DNA of 63,807 nucleotides, the filler included, from Octopus bimaculoides (lineage: Eukaryota): the NCBI RefSeq assembly GCF_001194135.2. It is 5 parts of 5 records of this genome, joined end to end, with 100 filler letters (N's around TTAATTAATTAA, not from the genome) between each part and the next. Parts side by side here need not be neighbours in the genome. Positions count along the whole stretch, not along the records: positions 17,947 to 47,380 come from NC_068984.1; 4 more parts are not named here. One strand, given 5' to 3'. A program made the position numbers and the translations under genes. The notes below the pieces were generated by a model. The model searched no databases. It had not been told where the DNA came from and was given only the letters and a program-made list of their open reading frames with translations. Shown one piece after another: positions 25,570 to 39,734 of this stretch; within the stretch, counting starts at the first letter, position 1, and each line of letters starts with the position of its first letter.

Positions 25570-28500
25570 CGTTTGTCTGACTATCTGTCTGTCTGTCTAT
25601 CTATCTATTTATCTCTCCATATATATATATATGTATATATAATATTAATAAAATAATTCCTATTGTATGGTTTTGCAATGATTATTTATCCAATCAGCAC
25701 AGCCGTCTGTTTTATAGACAAGATCCCAGCAGGAAGTTAAAACTAGAGGAAATAACTCATATCAGTTACATACAAGTTAATAAATATTTCAACTAGAATA
25801 TAATTGCTATCCTGCTGTTATATTTAACTTGAATATTTTGAACAGAAATCTTTTAGACAATTGTTTGAATACAATTTGAATTGAGGCAAAATGTTAATAT
25901 AATTGTTCACTTGAATGGCTATTACTGTTATATGACATATGAACGTGTGAAAATGTGAATTATATTTAAATATAATGATCTAACTTAATGTTGAAAATCA
26001 GGGTTATTTAACCTCGTTTCATTTCTCTTCAGTCAGTGATTCAAAATCGCTGAGGATTTAATTACTAAATCACAGCAATTTCGTCATATATAACAACGCT
26101 TTACTGGTGAATCAAAGAAACTATAAGAAGTTTGTTTAACTTTCTAGAAAAGTAGCCAGATCTCCCTCTTATCAAAGTCTAACATTTTTAGAATGGGGAT
26201 CGACATATGCTTTCGAACCTGATAAAAGAATATAGGATGATGTCGACTAGATTGATTTTGATAGTAGGTCTTTCCTAGCAGGACTTCACAATGAAAACGT
26301 TTTGCGAAAGTTCTCTGAGAACATGACCATCGTTTCAATTACTATATCCATCTTCATTAAAATAGATAAACACGGTAAGAGATCGCCTTAAGCTTCCGTC
26401 TTGAGTAATTATATTCTCATACAACACTGAATTCTTCATCACGAATCACCAAGTACAGAAATACTGAATGTAGCAAGTGACTTCCATCCCAGTGTCGATA
26501 ATAATAATAATCATTTCTATGATCTAAAAATGCTTAACGGCATTGGACAATATTGAGAATTATAATGTTTTGATCTCTTCTAACCTTGCCCTGGGAATGT
26601 AAGAACAGATTGTTCCATTTTGCGTTGTTCTTCGAGGTCAAATACTTTTCGAGAGAATTAAATTATATTACCTGAAATTCCTACACGCTAGTCCAAATAT
26701 CTCTTGTTTTGGTTTCTTTTTTGTGTGAGAGCAGATTATCAATTATACACGTTACTATTAATGCATTCAAGAGGACATAGATGAGAGTGATGAGACCTCA
26801 GTATCCAAGTCAAATAAAACGCATATATATTGGCAGCATGTCAAATATCAACCATTTTCTGTTTACTTTTTACGCTAAATCCACTATAGCAGTCGATTAA
26901 TATAATTATCTGAAGAAATCAATTTCCCATCTATTTTCTGGTCTGGAAACTTTAGAAATATTTTTGACTACATAAAATATGTGAACCATAGAACGTAGAA
27001 CATATATTTTTTCTACACAGTCTAAAAGTATGTGCCATGAGACAATAAATTGTTCCCGTTTCTTTTATTATAAACTTAACCCATTTCATCTTTCATTTAA
27101 ATTTACTATAAAGTGGAAAGAATGCGATTCAGGATAACTGACTTTACTCTGGATTATTTTAAATGCAATAGATTGGTCCCAAGTTGAGATTGAATAACAA
27201 AATATTTTGAAAACGCAAGATGTTTGATGATTAAAAAGCTACTGAATGATCAAACCTACGATCTAAAATAACGTTTATTCACACCTGCAAGATTCAGAAT
27301 GGAAAACCTGTGACCACAGCTTGCATAAGTTTTGTATTTACAAATTTAGCTGAAAATTTCAGGCGTAAGAAAAGTTATAAAGAGAAATGTGCTCAAGAAA
27401 TATGATGTGAAAAACTGCAATATATGGCTTGCAGCCTGGAAATGATATAAAGCCATTGTACTTAGCGGGAATTAAAAGATAGTCACGGCGCAGATATAGA
27501 GAATTATATTCAGTAAATATATGCAAAGAGTTAGAGTGTTCAGTGGAATAAAGTTAATTAGTATTGGCAGGCATATTCATATTACATTGAAGAACGAAAC
27601 GTTTCGATGTAGGAATAATTTCATTGCATTAAAAACAGAAAGCCACTGGTTTGTAATGTTGTACGCCATAATATGTTGCCATGATGCCATAGATGTATTA
27701 ACTTGGCACTCTATTGAAGAGGTAAAATGGTAAAACGTAAAAATATTTTTTAAAACGTTATAAGGAAATAGCTTTAAAGAAAATTGCCAAATGTTAGAAA
27801 ATCTTCATTTGAATTCATGGAAATTTGTGAAGATCCGGCAAAAGCGACAAATTTATATTACACTAGAAAATGCACGTTCTCATAAATATATCATCGATAT
27901 TCATAGCATGCTTCCGACCCACGAAGCTGTTTCAAGAGAGTTGCATCACTTAATAATTTTAAATGTAAGATATTTTCCATTTAATATATTTATAGAATAC
28001 TCTGTATTGTGACCAGTGTAATGTACTGAGTTATCAATTAGACACAAAGGGGGTGAAGATGTACGAAATTAAAGACGACCGGTGTACTGGCATAAAATGT
28101 TGCGTACAGTTACGCTTCTCTGAAAACGTGTAGGCCATTCAATGGGCCAGTTATGCAGGAATGTTTTCCTCTGTGCGTTTTCCAAATCTATGAATTACTT
28201 TTAGTTCAGTGCTTTGAACTAAATAAAACTTTGTCAATTAAACAGACCTTATGTTGCTGATATTCGCGAGTTATGTCATAAATTTGGTGAGATGTATCGT
28301 AACTAACGGGATATATATTCCGTGGTCTGCACCATTAGAAATTAAATTGTTTTCTTCAAAAACAGTTCGTTTCCGTTGTTTGAAGACGAAATAACGACCT
28401 TTGTGATTAAAGAATAAGAATGAGTTTTTCGTGAAGAAAAGGCATTCAGTTAGTTTGATAATGAATAAAGATATCATACAATTCATTTTTATTCAAATTT

Positions 28501-31175
28501 AATTTCGAAGTCATCTCCTTTGCTTTTCTTGACAAAGAATTGTCATTAATGCTAATGGCTTTTTCTTGTCGTTAGTTAGAATTTTGTTTTAGTTCACTAC
28601 ATTAAGTATGTTAACCTGCACTTAATTACATGTCCTCCACGCAGGAGCCATCCCTGAGATATTTCTAATGTCGTTGCTTTATAAGTGAATAATTGTCACG
28701 CACTAATTACATCATCTTAATTCATTCTAAGCGCTGGTTGACTATCCTTCCGTGACAATGTTTAATAAGCACGAAATACTCCCAGTGTTGTCATCATTCC
28801 TTGCAAAGATTCAACTTGCTTCAACTGGTTTTAAATTTTAATCGTTTGAATTTCGAATGTTCTCTCCCTTTACACTATAGTGAAAATAATTGCCGGTAAA
28901 TATTTCCTTCTCATTACAAATATTATTTCAATTGGTAAGTAATGTTGTAATCCTTTTTGTCCCACTAATATTAGAATACTACGCCGTACTTAACTAACAA
29001 CATATTTTATAATGTTTCATTCCATTTGTAATTTTGGAAAATTTGATTCAGCAAATACATTAGCAGAGTACGTAATACAAAAAATATCAGTGGGATCCAA
29101 GAGGTTCCTCTGCAAAATAAAATAAAATCACAAGTTTTTGATAAAATTTTATTACTCCATCTTTATTTTATAGTGTTACTATTTTCCATTTTGAACGATG
29201 TGATTACTAACAGTCCTTAGGTATATCTCCTTGATATATCTTAAGCTGTATTGTTTATGTACATTTTCTCCAATATCTAAGAATGTGTAGTATGCTGTCA
29301 AAGACGTATCGGTAATCAATCCATGCTACACTGAAGTTGTATCTTTTGTTTTTGTCTTCAATAGCTACTTAGTCAAGATGCATGATCTAGTGGTTATGCT
29401 GTTCAGCTCATGATCATAATGTCATGGTTTTAACTTCTAGGCTGGGAGGTGTGTGGTGTCCTTGAGAAAGCTACTTTATTTCACGTTGCTTCATTCTACT
29501 CAGCTGTAATCGTTAGCCCTTCGGAGAAATGCCTTGCAGTATTTCTTCCAGGTTTCTACGTTCTGTGTTCAAGCTCGCTAAAGTCTACTTTGCCTTTCAC
29601 CCTTTCTCGCTCTGTAAAATCAAGTACCTGTCAAGTACTGAGATCAGCCCTTTCTCACTCCCGTTGTTACATCCTGTATAATCCGTTTCATACTGGTAAG
29701 AAGGGCTGAAAAGATATCTATGTCTGCTCGAGATTATATCAGCATCTAAAACAATGAACAAAAACATAGTACACCATACTAAACCATACAGTTGGAAAAA
29801 CTGTCCTTGTGCAATGACTGACGGGTTTACCAATAGCTATTCCGTACAACTGTACATCCCATTCTGAGAAATTTCCATTTCCTTCTAGATGAATTGTCTT
29901 TTGGAAATTATAGATATAGATTTTGTTGCTGTCTTTGTTGTTGTTGTTGTTGTTGTTGTTGCTTAGCCCTTTGTCAACACAAATGGAGTAAATTAATGAT
30001 TAAAGACATTCTTGGCATGACCATCTAGTATTTTGTATATTAATGGCTATATTTTGCAACGTATTCGCCACACTTGTTTTTAAATAATACGTAGTGGCAT
30101 GTCAACTTTGGAGAAACTCTTTTCCCCTTCTCATATGGACTTGGTCTCAGTTGCCATCCTCTAGAGTTGGAGATGATTTTAATAAACCAAGAATACGTTT
30201 TTTTGGTATTTGATATATCTTTCTTTAGAATGTATTTAAGGTTGTTATTTCTAGTATGCAGAGCGACCTCGTGAGGTTTCTCATTGATTCAGTATTACGG
30301 TTTTATATATATATTGTTTGTTGGTGCTATTTTTCTTGTTATGATGGTTGTGTTTTCAGCCCAGGCCAGCAATTAGAAATCAGTTGTTCCATCATCTAAA
30401 TTATCTGTCCTTCAATTTAAGTGTAACTGGTTGAGCATTTTAGAGTCATGTGTAACCTTAACATAAGTCACACGTGGCATCACACACTGAGTGTGACAAA
30501 ATTGTACCGTTTGAATTACAGGTATTATCTACCTGACGGGATTCAGTACAGTTTCTGTCTAAACAATTTCACTCACCACAAATGAGTCGATCTGAAGCTA
30601 TAAAAGCAATATTTGTTCAAGTTGCCCCGCAAAGAGATAGAATCCAAGACCTCAATGTTTTCCGGTTCTCAATCTATTTGAGAGTAGGGAGAAAAGGAGT
30701 AGAAGGTTTTCTTAAAGCCTTTGCAATTGTAAGTCACTAAGAGGCTATTTCTGACCTACGTTAGTATTCTATTTAATGTGCTTGCTATAGCATCATATGG
30801 ATATATATTGGGGTGAATATTTCTTAGCGGAAAATTATGACATTCTCGACTCCGAGTGCCGTGTCTTTCCTTTGCTAGCGATCTTTCACTGCATTGTCAA
30901 AATCTCCGGCTAATTACACTGTACAACAATGAATTTGCTACAGAGAAAACATCATTTTCTGGAACAGTATTTACCATAGATAACTAAAATGAACTCTATT
31001 TTTCATGAAATGACTCCAGTGTTTCTTATACTATAAAATATAAACGATAAATTTTCGTACGTTTCCTTTAGAACAGCAGAATGAGCTACAGTAATTGACG
31101 GAAGTTTATTACCTATGTGCAGTAACACAGCTTTAGTACTATAAACCGAAGCGTCTATGAATAACCTCTACTCAC

Positions 31176-31283
31176 TATTTGCAGGCACCGCAGGTATTGG
31201 AACGCTGGCCGAATGGGGTACAGGCCGAATGGCGGATTTTATATTCGGATACATAACCGACGAAGTACTCTCCGTTGTTATAC
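31176..31283 (-). pseudogene. Chapaev3 transposase remnant, exon 2: (G)ITTESTSSVMYPNIKSAIRPVPHSASVPIPAVPAN
   Basis: Acceptor atttattttctcaacag| and donor a|gtgagt. Phase 1 matches exon 1 across a 111-nt intron. YPNxxSAIRPVPH continues the family motif. Downstream catalytic exons are absent. Confidence 0.82.
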
Positions 31284-31394
31284 CTGTTGAGAAAATAAAT
31301 TACATTATAGCATTTCTTATATTTAAAGTATCGAATAAAAATAAACATATTTAGATAAATATATGCTAGTTTTAACGCAATTAAAAGCACTTAC

Positions 31395-31701
31395 CTTTAA
31401 CATCTACAAGACAGAAATAGCAGTCAGAGTGGTAGTCTTGTGGTTCGCGCCAAATCATAGGAACGCCAAACTGCATACTTCTTGACTTTCCCAAAAATTG
31501 TTTTGAAAGCCCATTGGTACATGTTGTGCAACAGATATGTGGTGCTCAACTTTTATCTTGGTCTCCTATCTTGACATCAACATATAAGTAATACTGCTTT
31601 TGTACCAACGGTGTAATGTTTCTTGCATTCATCTGAAATGTCACAGCAACACAGATATAGCAAAATTTGTCTGGGTGACTTCCACACTGCCCTCTTGGCA
31701 T
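31395..31701 (-). pseudogene. Chapaev3 transposase remnant, exon 1: MPRGQCGSHPDKFCYICVAV...KIGDQDKS*APHICCTTC...FGVPMIWREPQDYHSDCYFCLVDVK(G)
   Basis: ATG at 31701, one in-frame TGA at codon 52, donor aaag|gtaagt. FCYIC, GDQDKxWAPH, PMxWREP and DCYFC are Chapaev3 N-terminal motifs as I recall them. Confidence 0.85.
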
Positions 31702-31982
31702 TTTAATGCAATTTGTATTCTAATTAAAAATCTAATTAAATATTTATAGGTATTTTATAGTTTTTTTTTCTCCGAAAATCTGAAAAAAATAAAAGAATTA
31801 AATTTATAAAAATTGCCTAATGCTAAAAAGCTGAATTATCATCAACTAGAGTCCTTCTGTGAAAAACGGTTGCCATTTTCATGATCTACGTATAAAACTA
31901 CCCTAGAAAACATTATTCTCATCTCTGTAGTCGAAATAATGTTCATTTTTGTTGCACAGTGTTATCTATCACATTATACACA

Positions 31983-31984
<2 letters not shown>

Positions 31985-32041
<57 letters not shown>

Positions 32042-32067
32042 TGTCTGTATATGTATATATCTAAACA

Positions 32068-32126
<59 letters not shown>

Positions 32127-32136
32127 GTCTATCTAA

Positions 32137-32172
<36 letters not shown>

Positions 32173-32262
32173 TTATCTATCTATCTATCTGTTTGTCTAT
32201 CTATCTTTCTATCAAACTATCTATCTATGTTTGTCTGTCTGTATGTCTGCTNNNNNNNNNNA

Positions 32263-32294
<32 letters not shown>

Positions 32295-32630
32295 TTATCT
32301 ATCTATCTATCTGTTTGTCTATCTATCTTTCTATCAAACTATCTATCTATGTTTGTCTGTCTGTATGTCTGCTTATCTATCTGTCTGTCTGCCTATATGT
32401 ATGTATGTCTGTATGTCTGTCTGTATGTCTGCTTATCTATCTGTCTGTCTGTCTATATGTATGTATGTCTGTATGTCTGTATGTATGTGTCTGTATGTAT
32501 GTATGCCATTTTATCTATCTATCTGTCTGTCTTTCTGTCGTTCTGTCTTTTTGTCTGTCTTTCTGTCGTTCTGTCTTTCTGTCGTTCTGTCTTTTTGTCA
32601 GTCTGTTTTTCCATCTGTCTATCTATCTAA
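31985..32630. repeat. Compound (CA)n-(TCTA/TCTG/TATG)n array
   Basis: Directly visible; a block of about 120 bp appears duplicated across the 10-N gap at about 32232. Confidence 0.9.
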
Positions 32631-34875
32631 ACTTCGAGAGATGAAATAAATAGCTTTTTAGCAATGTGACTCGTAGTAAATAAGGCAATAAATAATAACA
32701 TGTAAATATAGGTGTTGTGGTTGAAAAACATTTGCATCTTCTACTGACAGCCTTTGGCGTTTTCCATCCAAGCAGTGTTTCTCAACCGAATATTTAACCG
32801 CTATTATCTAATGCATTATCTAATTCTAGTTTCACTTTAAAAAACGATATTTCCATATCTCTTGAGATTCTTTAATTGCTATGACGTAAGCAACATACAA
32901 TTCTCGTTGGAAAGAGCAAAGCTTCTAAAGTGGATGGAGAAATCCGAAGGATTGCTTTGGTACAATGGGAGAAAGTCAGTCATATTCACAGATGTGAATT
33001 CGAGCTTCACGTACAGCCATCGAATTTTTCCATACAACGATTTTGTCGTTAATCCAATATTTACACGCTATTATTTATAGCTATATTTACTTCGAGCTTC
33101 ACCCATAAAAACGATATATATTTGTACATATATATGTGTGTGTGTCTGTAGGGCGGGGTTACATAGTTCAAATATACAAAAAAAAAACAACAAAAGATAT
33201 ACACAGGTGAAGGAAAAACAAACAAGGTGTATTAGTTTGACGTTCAGGANNNNNNNNNNNNNNNNNNNNNNNNNNNNNNNNNNNNNNNNNNNNNNNNNNN
33301 NNNNNNNNNNNNNNNNNNNNNNNNNNNNNNNNNNNNNNNNNNNNNNNNNNNNNNNNNNNNNNNNNNNNNNNNNNNNNNNNNNNNNNNNNNNNNNNNNNNN
33401 NNNNNNNNNNNNNNNNNNNNNNNNNNNNNNNNNNNNNNNNNNNNNNNNNNNNNNNNNNNNNNNNNNNNNNNNNNNNNNNNNNNNNNNNNNNNNNNNNNNN
33501 NNNNNNNNNNNNNNNNNNNNNNNNNNNNNNNNNNNNNNNNNNNNNNNNNNNNNNNNNNNNNNNNNNNNNNNNNNNNNNNNNNNNNNNNNNNNNNNNNNNN
33601 NNNNNNNNNNNNNNNNNNNNNNNNNNNNNNNNNNNNNNNNNNNNNNNNNNNNNNNNNNNNNNNNNNNNNNNNNNNNNNNNNNNNNNNNNNNNNNNNNCAC
33701 CACCACCACCACCAACACTACTACCACTACCACCACCACCACCACCACCAAAACCACCACCACCACCACTACCACCATCAAAATCACCACCACCACCACT
33801 ACCACCACTGCCGCCACCACCGCTAGTATCATCATCATCATCAATATCATCGTGATCTATGTTTCTGCCATGGGCTCTAAGCGTGAAATCCAGGGAAGGG
33901 AGTTAGCTGATATCACCGATCCTATTTCTTGACAGGAACTTTACCAGCCTCTCGATGAAAGGACGAAAGTTAAAGTTGACTTCTGTCAGGAGCCGAACAC
34001 ATTAATGTAGAGAACCGGAGAAAATACTGCAAGATACTTTTTTCCGATGCTCAAACAATTATGCCAATTTACCGCTCTATCATCGTCATCATCATCATCA
34101 TCATCATCAGTTCCAGCAGCAGAAGCAAAATCACCACCATCTCCACCACCACCACCATAATCCTCCTCCTCATCATTTTAATTACTATCATTTTTCTCAT
34201 CCTTTTCCCCCAACATTTTCCCTACCCTCTTATTCCTTCTCATTCCCTTCTTTCAACTCCCCCCCTTCTTCACCGCATCTTCCTCCACCTTTCTCATCAT
34301 TCTCAACCTCATCATTCCCTTCACTATATCCTCCTCATCCTCCTCCACCGCCTCAACCACCTCCTCCACCGCCTCAACCATCTCCTCCTCGTCATCATCA
34401 TCATCATCATCATCATATTCTTCTTCTTCTGCTGCTGCTACTGCTGCTTCTTCTTCTTCTTCTTCTTCGTTTTCTTCATCATCATCGTCGTCGTCGTCAT
34501 CCTCAATATTATAATTTACATATACACACATACGTTTTATTTTATTTTATTTTATTTAAAAAAAATTTTTTATTTATTATTTTATTTTTACAAAAATCCA
34601 CATTATTAATAAAATGCAGGATGAAATTTCTCATAAGGAATTTTAGTTTTCATAACCATTTTATAGCTCCGGGAACAAAGTTAGCTTGTTTTGTTAGTAT
34701 CGTATGACAAATCCAGTATCCGTGTAATCCGGGTTTGTTCTGCATCAACGCGGTAAATATAAATCCTGAAGGCAAAATACGAGCAAGAACAACGGTGTTG
34801 AAGGTAAGATGGGGAATTATAATTTATAAACACAAACAACAAAGCAAAACAACGAACCAGGAGCACAAAGTCAAT

Positions 34876-35320
<445 letters not shown>

Positions 35321-35679
35321 GCTGTGAAAGGAAGTTCGCTTTGCTGTAGATTAAGTTTAGCATAGCAACGAAAGAAAATGCATAGTGTCAGGACGTGAAT
35401 GTAACTAAGCTTTAGAGGTAATACTTCGTGGTCGATGTTGTTCTTGTGGATGTTGTTGAGTTTGTTGTTGTTGTTGCTCTTTTAGAACTTGGTGGTGTTT
35501 TATGTGTAGAATATATGATACTGAAATTTGAAATTCTAATAAATTTTTCAAATTCTAACTAATATGCATGAGAAAAATGCACTCCTTTGGAGCGTTTTGA
35601 ATGGATAAGCAGTTTTCTTTTAGGACGAATTTCAGCGATGTTTCCAGAAAATTGAACATTGATTAATATTCTGACATAC

Positions 35680-36115
35680 GCTGGCAGAGTTGTTACTGGG
35701 CAAAATGCTTTGCGGTATTTCGTCCGTCTGTCTTTACGTTTTAAGTTCAAATTCTGCTGAGATCGATTATGCATTTCATCCTTTCTAGGTCGATAAAATA
35801 AGCACCAGTTGAATACTAGAGTCCATGCAACCGAATATCCCCTTGCTCAAAATTTCAGGCCTTGTGCCTATAGTAGAAAGGAATACTCTAACGTACGTAA
35901 GGTGGCAGGCCGGCAGAACCATTAGCACACCGGGCAAAATGTTTAGCGGCATATCGTCCGTCTTTACATTCTGAGTTCAAATTCCACCGAGATTGACTTT
36001 GCCTTTCAAACTTTCGGGGTCGATAAAATAAGTGCCACTTGAGCACAGAAGTTGCTATAATCGATTTACCCCTCCCTCGAAATTACTGGCCTCGTGCCAA
36101 GATTTGAAACCAATA
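35680..36115 (+). mobile_element. Two tandem family-B tRNA-derived SINEs (about 35680-35885 and 35903-36115)
   Basis: Each has tggcag...gggcaaaatg.ttagcgg.at.tcgtcc.tctttac....gagttcaaattc, the core and a ggcct.gtgcc tail. Confidence 0.8.
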
Positions 36116-37333
36116 TTCTGACATACGTTATTGAGTTCCTATAATTGTTAGGATGGCCATTGCTGCTTATTTTTTTACATTCTCAACCATCAGAGTCCAT
36201 TTTCTTCAAACTCTCTTATGTAACTGAATGAAAAACAACAACTTCAACAACCACATGAACAACAACAGGAAATAAAATATAGCAATGAAAACAAACGAGA
36301 ATACTTAACAAACTTCTCTTTTCAGTAGTCGACGAAAATGTATTAATCGATTTTTTTAGGCAATGGTCTAAAGGCTGTAGTGGTGAAGGTTGTGAGGGAA
36401 CAATATAAAAAAGGGAATGCTGATTGGTGAATGAAAACTTGGTGTGTAATTTTTCCTCAAAAATTTTACTTTTCAATTAACATACATTCATTGCTTTGAA
36501 TATAATTCTATTTCAATATCTCGTGCAGTTTTAAAAGGGGAATGATGTCTAAAAAGAGAGGATAGGTAAGGGTGTATTTAGGTGATGTATGAACGAAGAT
36601 TGGAAGGATAAAGAGATTAAGGATGAAGAATAGATGAAAATATTGCATGCAGGAATATGAAGAAGTTGGGAGAATGCAGAGTAGGAAGAAAAATATGAGA
36701 ATATTAGAGAATAATAAAGAAGTGGTTTGAGAAAAGTATTGTCGTGGCTATAGGAAGTAGAAGTAATTAAAAGAGCATATACTGGGATTGCATGTGTGGA
36801 AGGATGAATGAATGCGGATTGTGTGTATTTTTTGGAGACAGGGAAGAGAAAATAAGAAAATGTATAGCATAACTAGGGAGACATCAAGGGTGGTAAGAAT
36901 GTGTAAATGGATAGAGACAAAACAAATGTATAACTCCTGAATGCGGAATGATAGACATAATGGTGGCAACGGAAGAAATAAATACAGAGAAAAAGTAAGA
37001 TTATGTGAGACTAATGAATCGTGAGGAGAGCAAGAAAGATGGATGAAAAGTAGAATATGGAGGGAAATAAAAAGAATGAATCATATCTTGGATGATGTAA
37101 AAGTTTTCATCGTAGAATCTATTAATAAAGTATTCAATTTTAGGTTCCAACAGACGGACTGTTGTAAGTAACGCTATGGAAACAAAACTATCAATAACTA
37201 TAGACAGCAGACAACCCTCTGCATCATATATTTGCGTGTGGATACATACATACATATATATATATATTTATATATATGTAGACACACACATATATATATA
37301 TGTGTGTACTTATATATATATATATATATATGT

Positions 37334-37364
<31 letters not shown>

Positions 37365-38229
37365 CGCATGTGTGTATAAGTGAGAGAGAGAACTTTTACA
37401 ATTACTATTCAGTTATAATTAGAAATTATGGAAAGTATTGTGTGAAAAGATATTGCTATAAAACCTCAGAAGATGAATACGTTTAAGTCATGTGTGCAAA
37501 TATGAGTTTGCCAGTGTATATATGTGTGTATGTGTGCGTGTATGTGCATATGTGTGTATATGTGTTTGACTATGCGTGCCTGAGCTTGTGTTTGTGTTTT
37601 CCATGATTAATTTTTTCTATTTCTGTATGTTTATGTCTAAGTTTGCATTTGAATACGAAATCGTCTACTTGAAGTACCAGCTATTATATAACACTGTCAG
37701 TTTAACAACAATGCATCGGCTCTGATGTACGAGCGTATATTTGACAGCAAAACATAGTTTTCTGTATCTCTTCTTAACAAAAATTTATCCCTTCTTTTTC
37801 TGCTAATATGGTTAATCTACCGTTTATGAGTATTTCTCATTAGAAAAGTCACACAAATGTCAAATTTTGATGGAATCAAAGATTTTTTTAAAAAATATGA
37901 CATTTAAATCATTCCTTTTCATGCTCCGTTCCGTAAAACAAGCAATTCATTTTTAATTTCAATTAGAATTTCTTAATTTCGACCACTTTCAACACATTAA
38001 GAAAATTAAGTCTGATGTACCAACATTGTGGAAAAACATGGTGAAATTGATATGTTATCATGAGTTCAGTTTTGCTGTCAACGTATCATAGTGTTTGTGT
38101 GTTACGTTACATTTTTTTACACACTTCAAATTTTCTATATCTTGGAGAAATACGTTGCAGATCTTTTAAGAACTCTTCTTTACTTCATACCTATCTGGAA
38201 ACCCTTATGATGAATCCCTCCTGCAGCGT

Positions 38230-38315
38230 ATTTCACGAACCGCTAGGTTACGGGGACGTAAACACACCAGCATCGGTTGTCAAGCGATGTTGCAGAGACA
38301 AACACAGACATACAA

Positions 38316-38371
<56 letters not shown>

Positions 38372-38760
38372 GCATATGTATACATATATACGACGGGCTT
38401 CTTTCAGTTTCCGTCTACCAAATCCACTCACAAGGCTTTGGGCGGCCCGAGGCTATAGTAGAGGACACTTGCCCAAGGTGCCACGCAGTGGGACAGAACC
38501 TGAGACCATGTGGTTGGTAAGCAAGCTATTAACCACACAGCTACTCCTGCGCCTATAAATAATTGTTTCAAATTTTAGCACAGGGTCAGCAATTTCAGTG
38601 GAAGGGAAGGCAATTACATTGATACCAGGGCTCAACTATTACTTATTTCATCGACCTCGAAAGGATAGAAGGTAAAGTCGACCTCGGCGGAGTTTGAACT
38701 CAAAAAATTACAAGATACCGCTAATCATTTTGCCCGGTCTACTGACGATTCTGCTAGCCA
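38230..38760 (-). mobile_element. SINE stack: family D (38230-38310), family A (38391-38555) and family B (38560-38760)
   Basis: Each segment matches other copies in the window (47502-47672 and 61450-61550; 868-985; 1066-1295); the first two are separated by CA/TA microsatellites. Confidence 0.75.
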
Positions 38761-39421
38761 TATATGATTGTAAATGTAAAACATTTAAATTCGCGCTTTC
38801 TCATAAAAGTGATATTCATCTATGCATATATATTTATTTTCGACTGAGATAGTAACATTTTGCTAATTAGATGTTTCGAAGTCTGTTATGATATATTTAA
38901 ACTATTGTATTCTTATATACTTTGCAGGGGCGGTAACCGTGTTCATAGGGGCTCTGCTGCTTCTGCCATTACTAATGAGTGCAATAGGTGAGAATAATTT
39001 CATTACACTTTTTTTCCTTTGCCGTTCAATCCATACTTGTTTGGCTAAACTGAATCAATGAGGATACTATCATCTTTTATTTATTTAGATAGATACACAC
39101 AGCTATGATCCAAATCATTTTATATATATATATATATATATATATNNNNNNNNNNNNNNNNNNNNNNNNNNNNNNNNNNNNNNNNNNNNNNNNNNNNNNN
39201 NNNNNNNNNNNNNNNNNNNNNNNNNNNNNNNNNNNNNNNNNNNNNNNNNNNNNNNNNNNNNNNNNNNNNNNNNNNNNNNNNNNNNNNNNNNNNNNNNNNN
39301 NNNNNNNNNNNNNNNNNNNNNNNNNNNNNNNNNNNNNNNNNNNNNNNNNNNNNNNNNNNNNNNNNNNNNNNNNNNNNNNNNNNNNNNNNNNNNNNNNNNN
39401 NNNNNNNNNNNNNNNNNNNNN

Positions 39422-39478
<57 letters not shown>

Positions 39479-39734
39479 CATATATAGGGAGAATTCACAC
39501 AAAAAAAACATATGACGAGGACAGGTGGTGTAGGCAACAAACAGATGTATTAGTTTAACGCTTGGGAAGTGAAAAAGTTTTTAACGTTTCGAGCCTACGC
39601 TCTTCCACAGAAAGAAACAGGGAGAGAAAATAAAGAATGTGTAGTGGCTAGCGCTCTTTTATAGCGAATGCCGGATAGAGGAGTCACACCGGAGAGGTAG
39701 AAATAAGGGGAGATAATAAATTAGTGGTGATCCC

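Larger units (their letters stand above)
30917..31961 (-). mobile_element. Complete non-autonomous Chapaev3-type (CMC superfamily) DNA transposon, internally deleted
   Basis: Left end CACTGTACAACAA (30917) and right end TTGTTGCACAGTG (31961) are inverted with 1 mismatch in 13 bp. TTA lies directly on both sides (30914-30916 and 31962-31964). It contains a Cys-rich transposase N-terminus. Confidence 0.88.

Noticed and set aside
31157-31390. ORF-track peptides MNNLYSLFAG... (+) and ...YNNGEYFVGY... (-)
   Set aside because: Alternative frames over exon 2 of the Chapaev3 transposase remnant; the motif-bearing frame is the third one.
32862-33100. 72-aa ORF and a repeated ttcgagcttcac 12-mer
   Set aside because: No family motif; two short copies are not enough to call an array or CRISPR-like structure.
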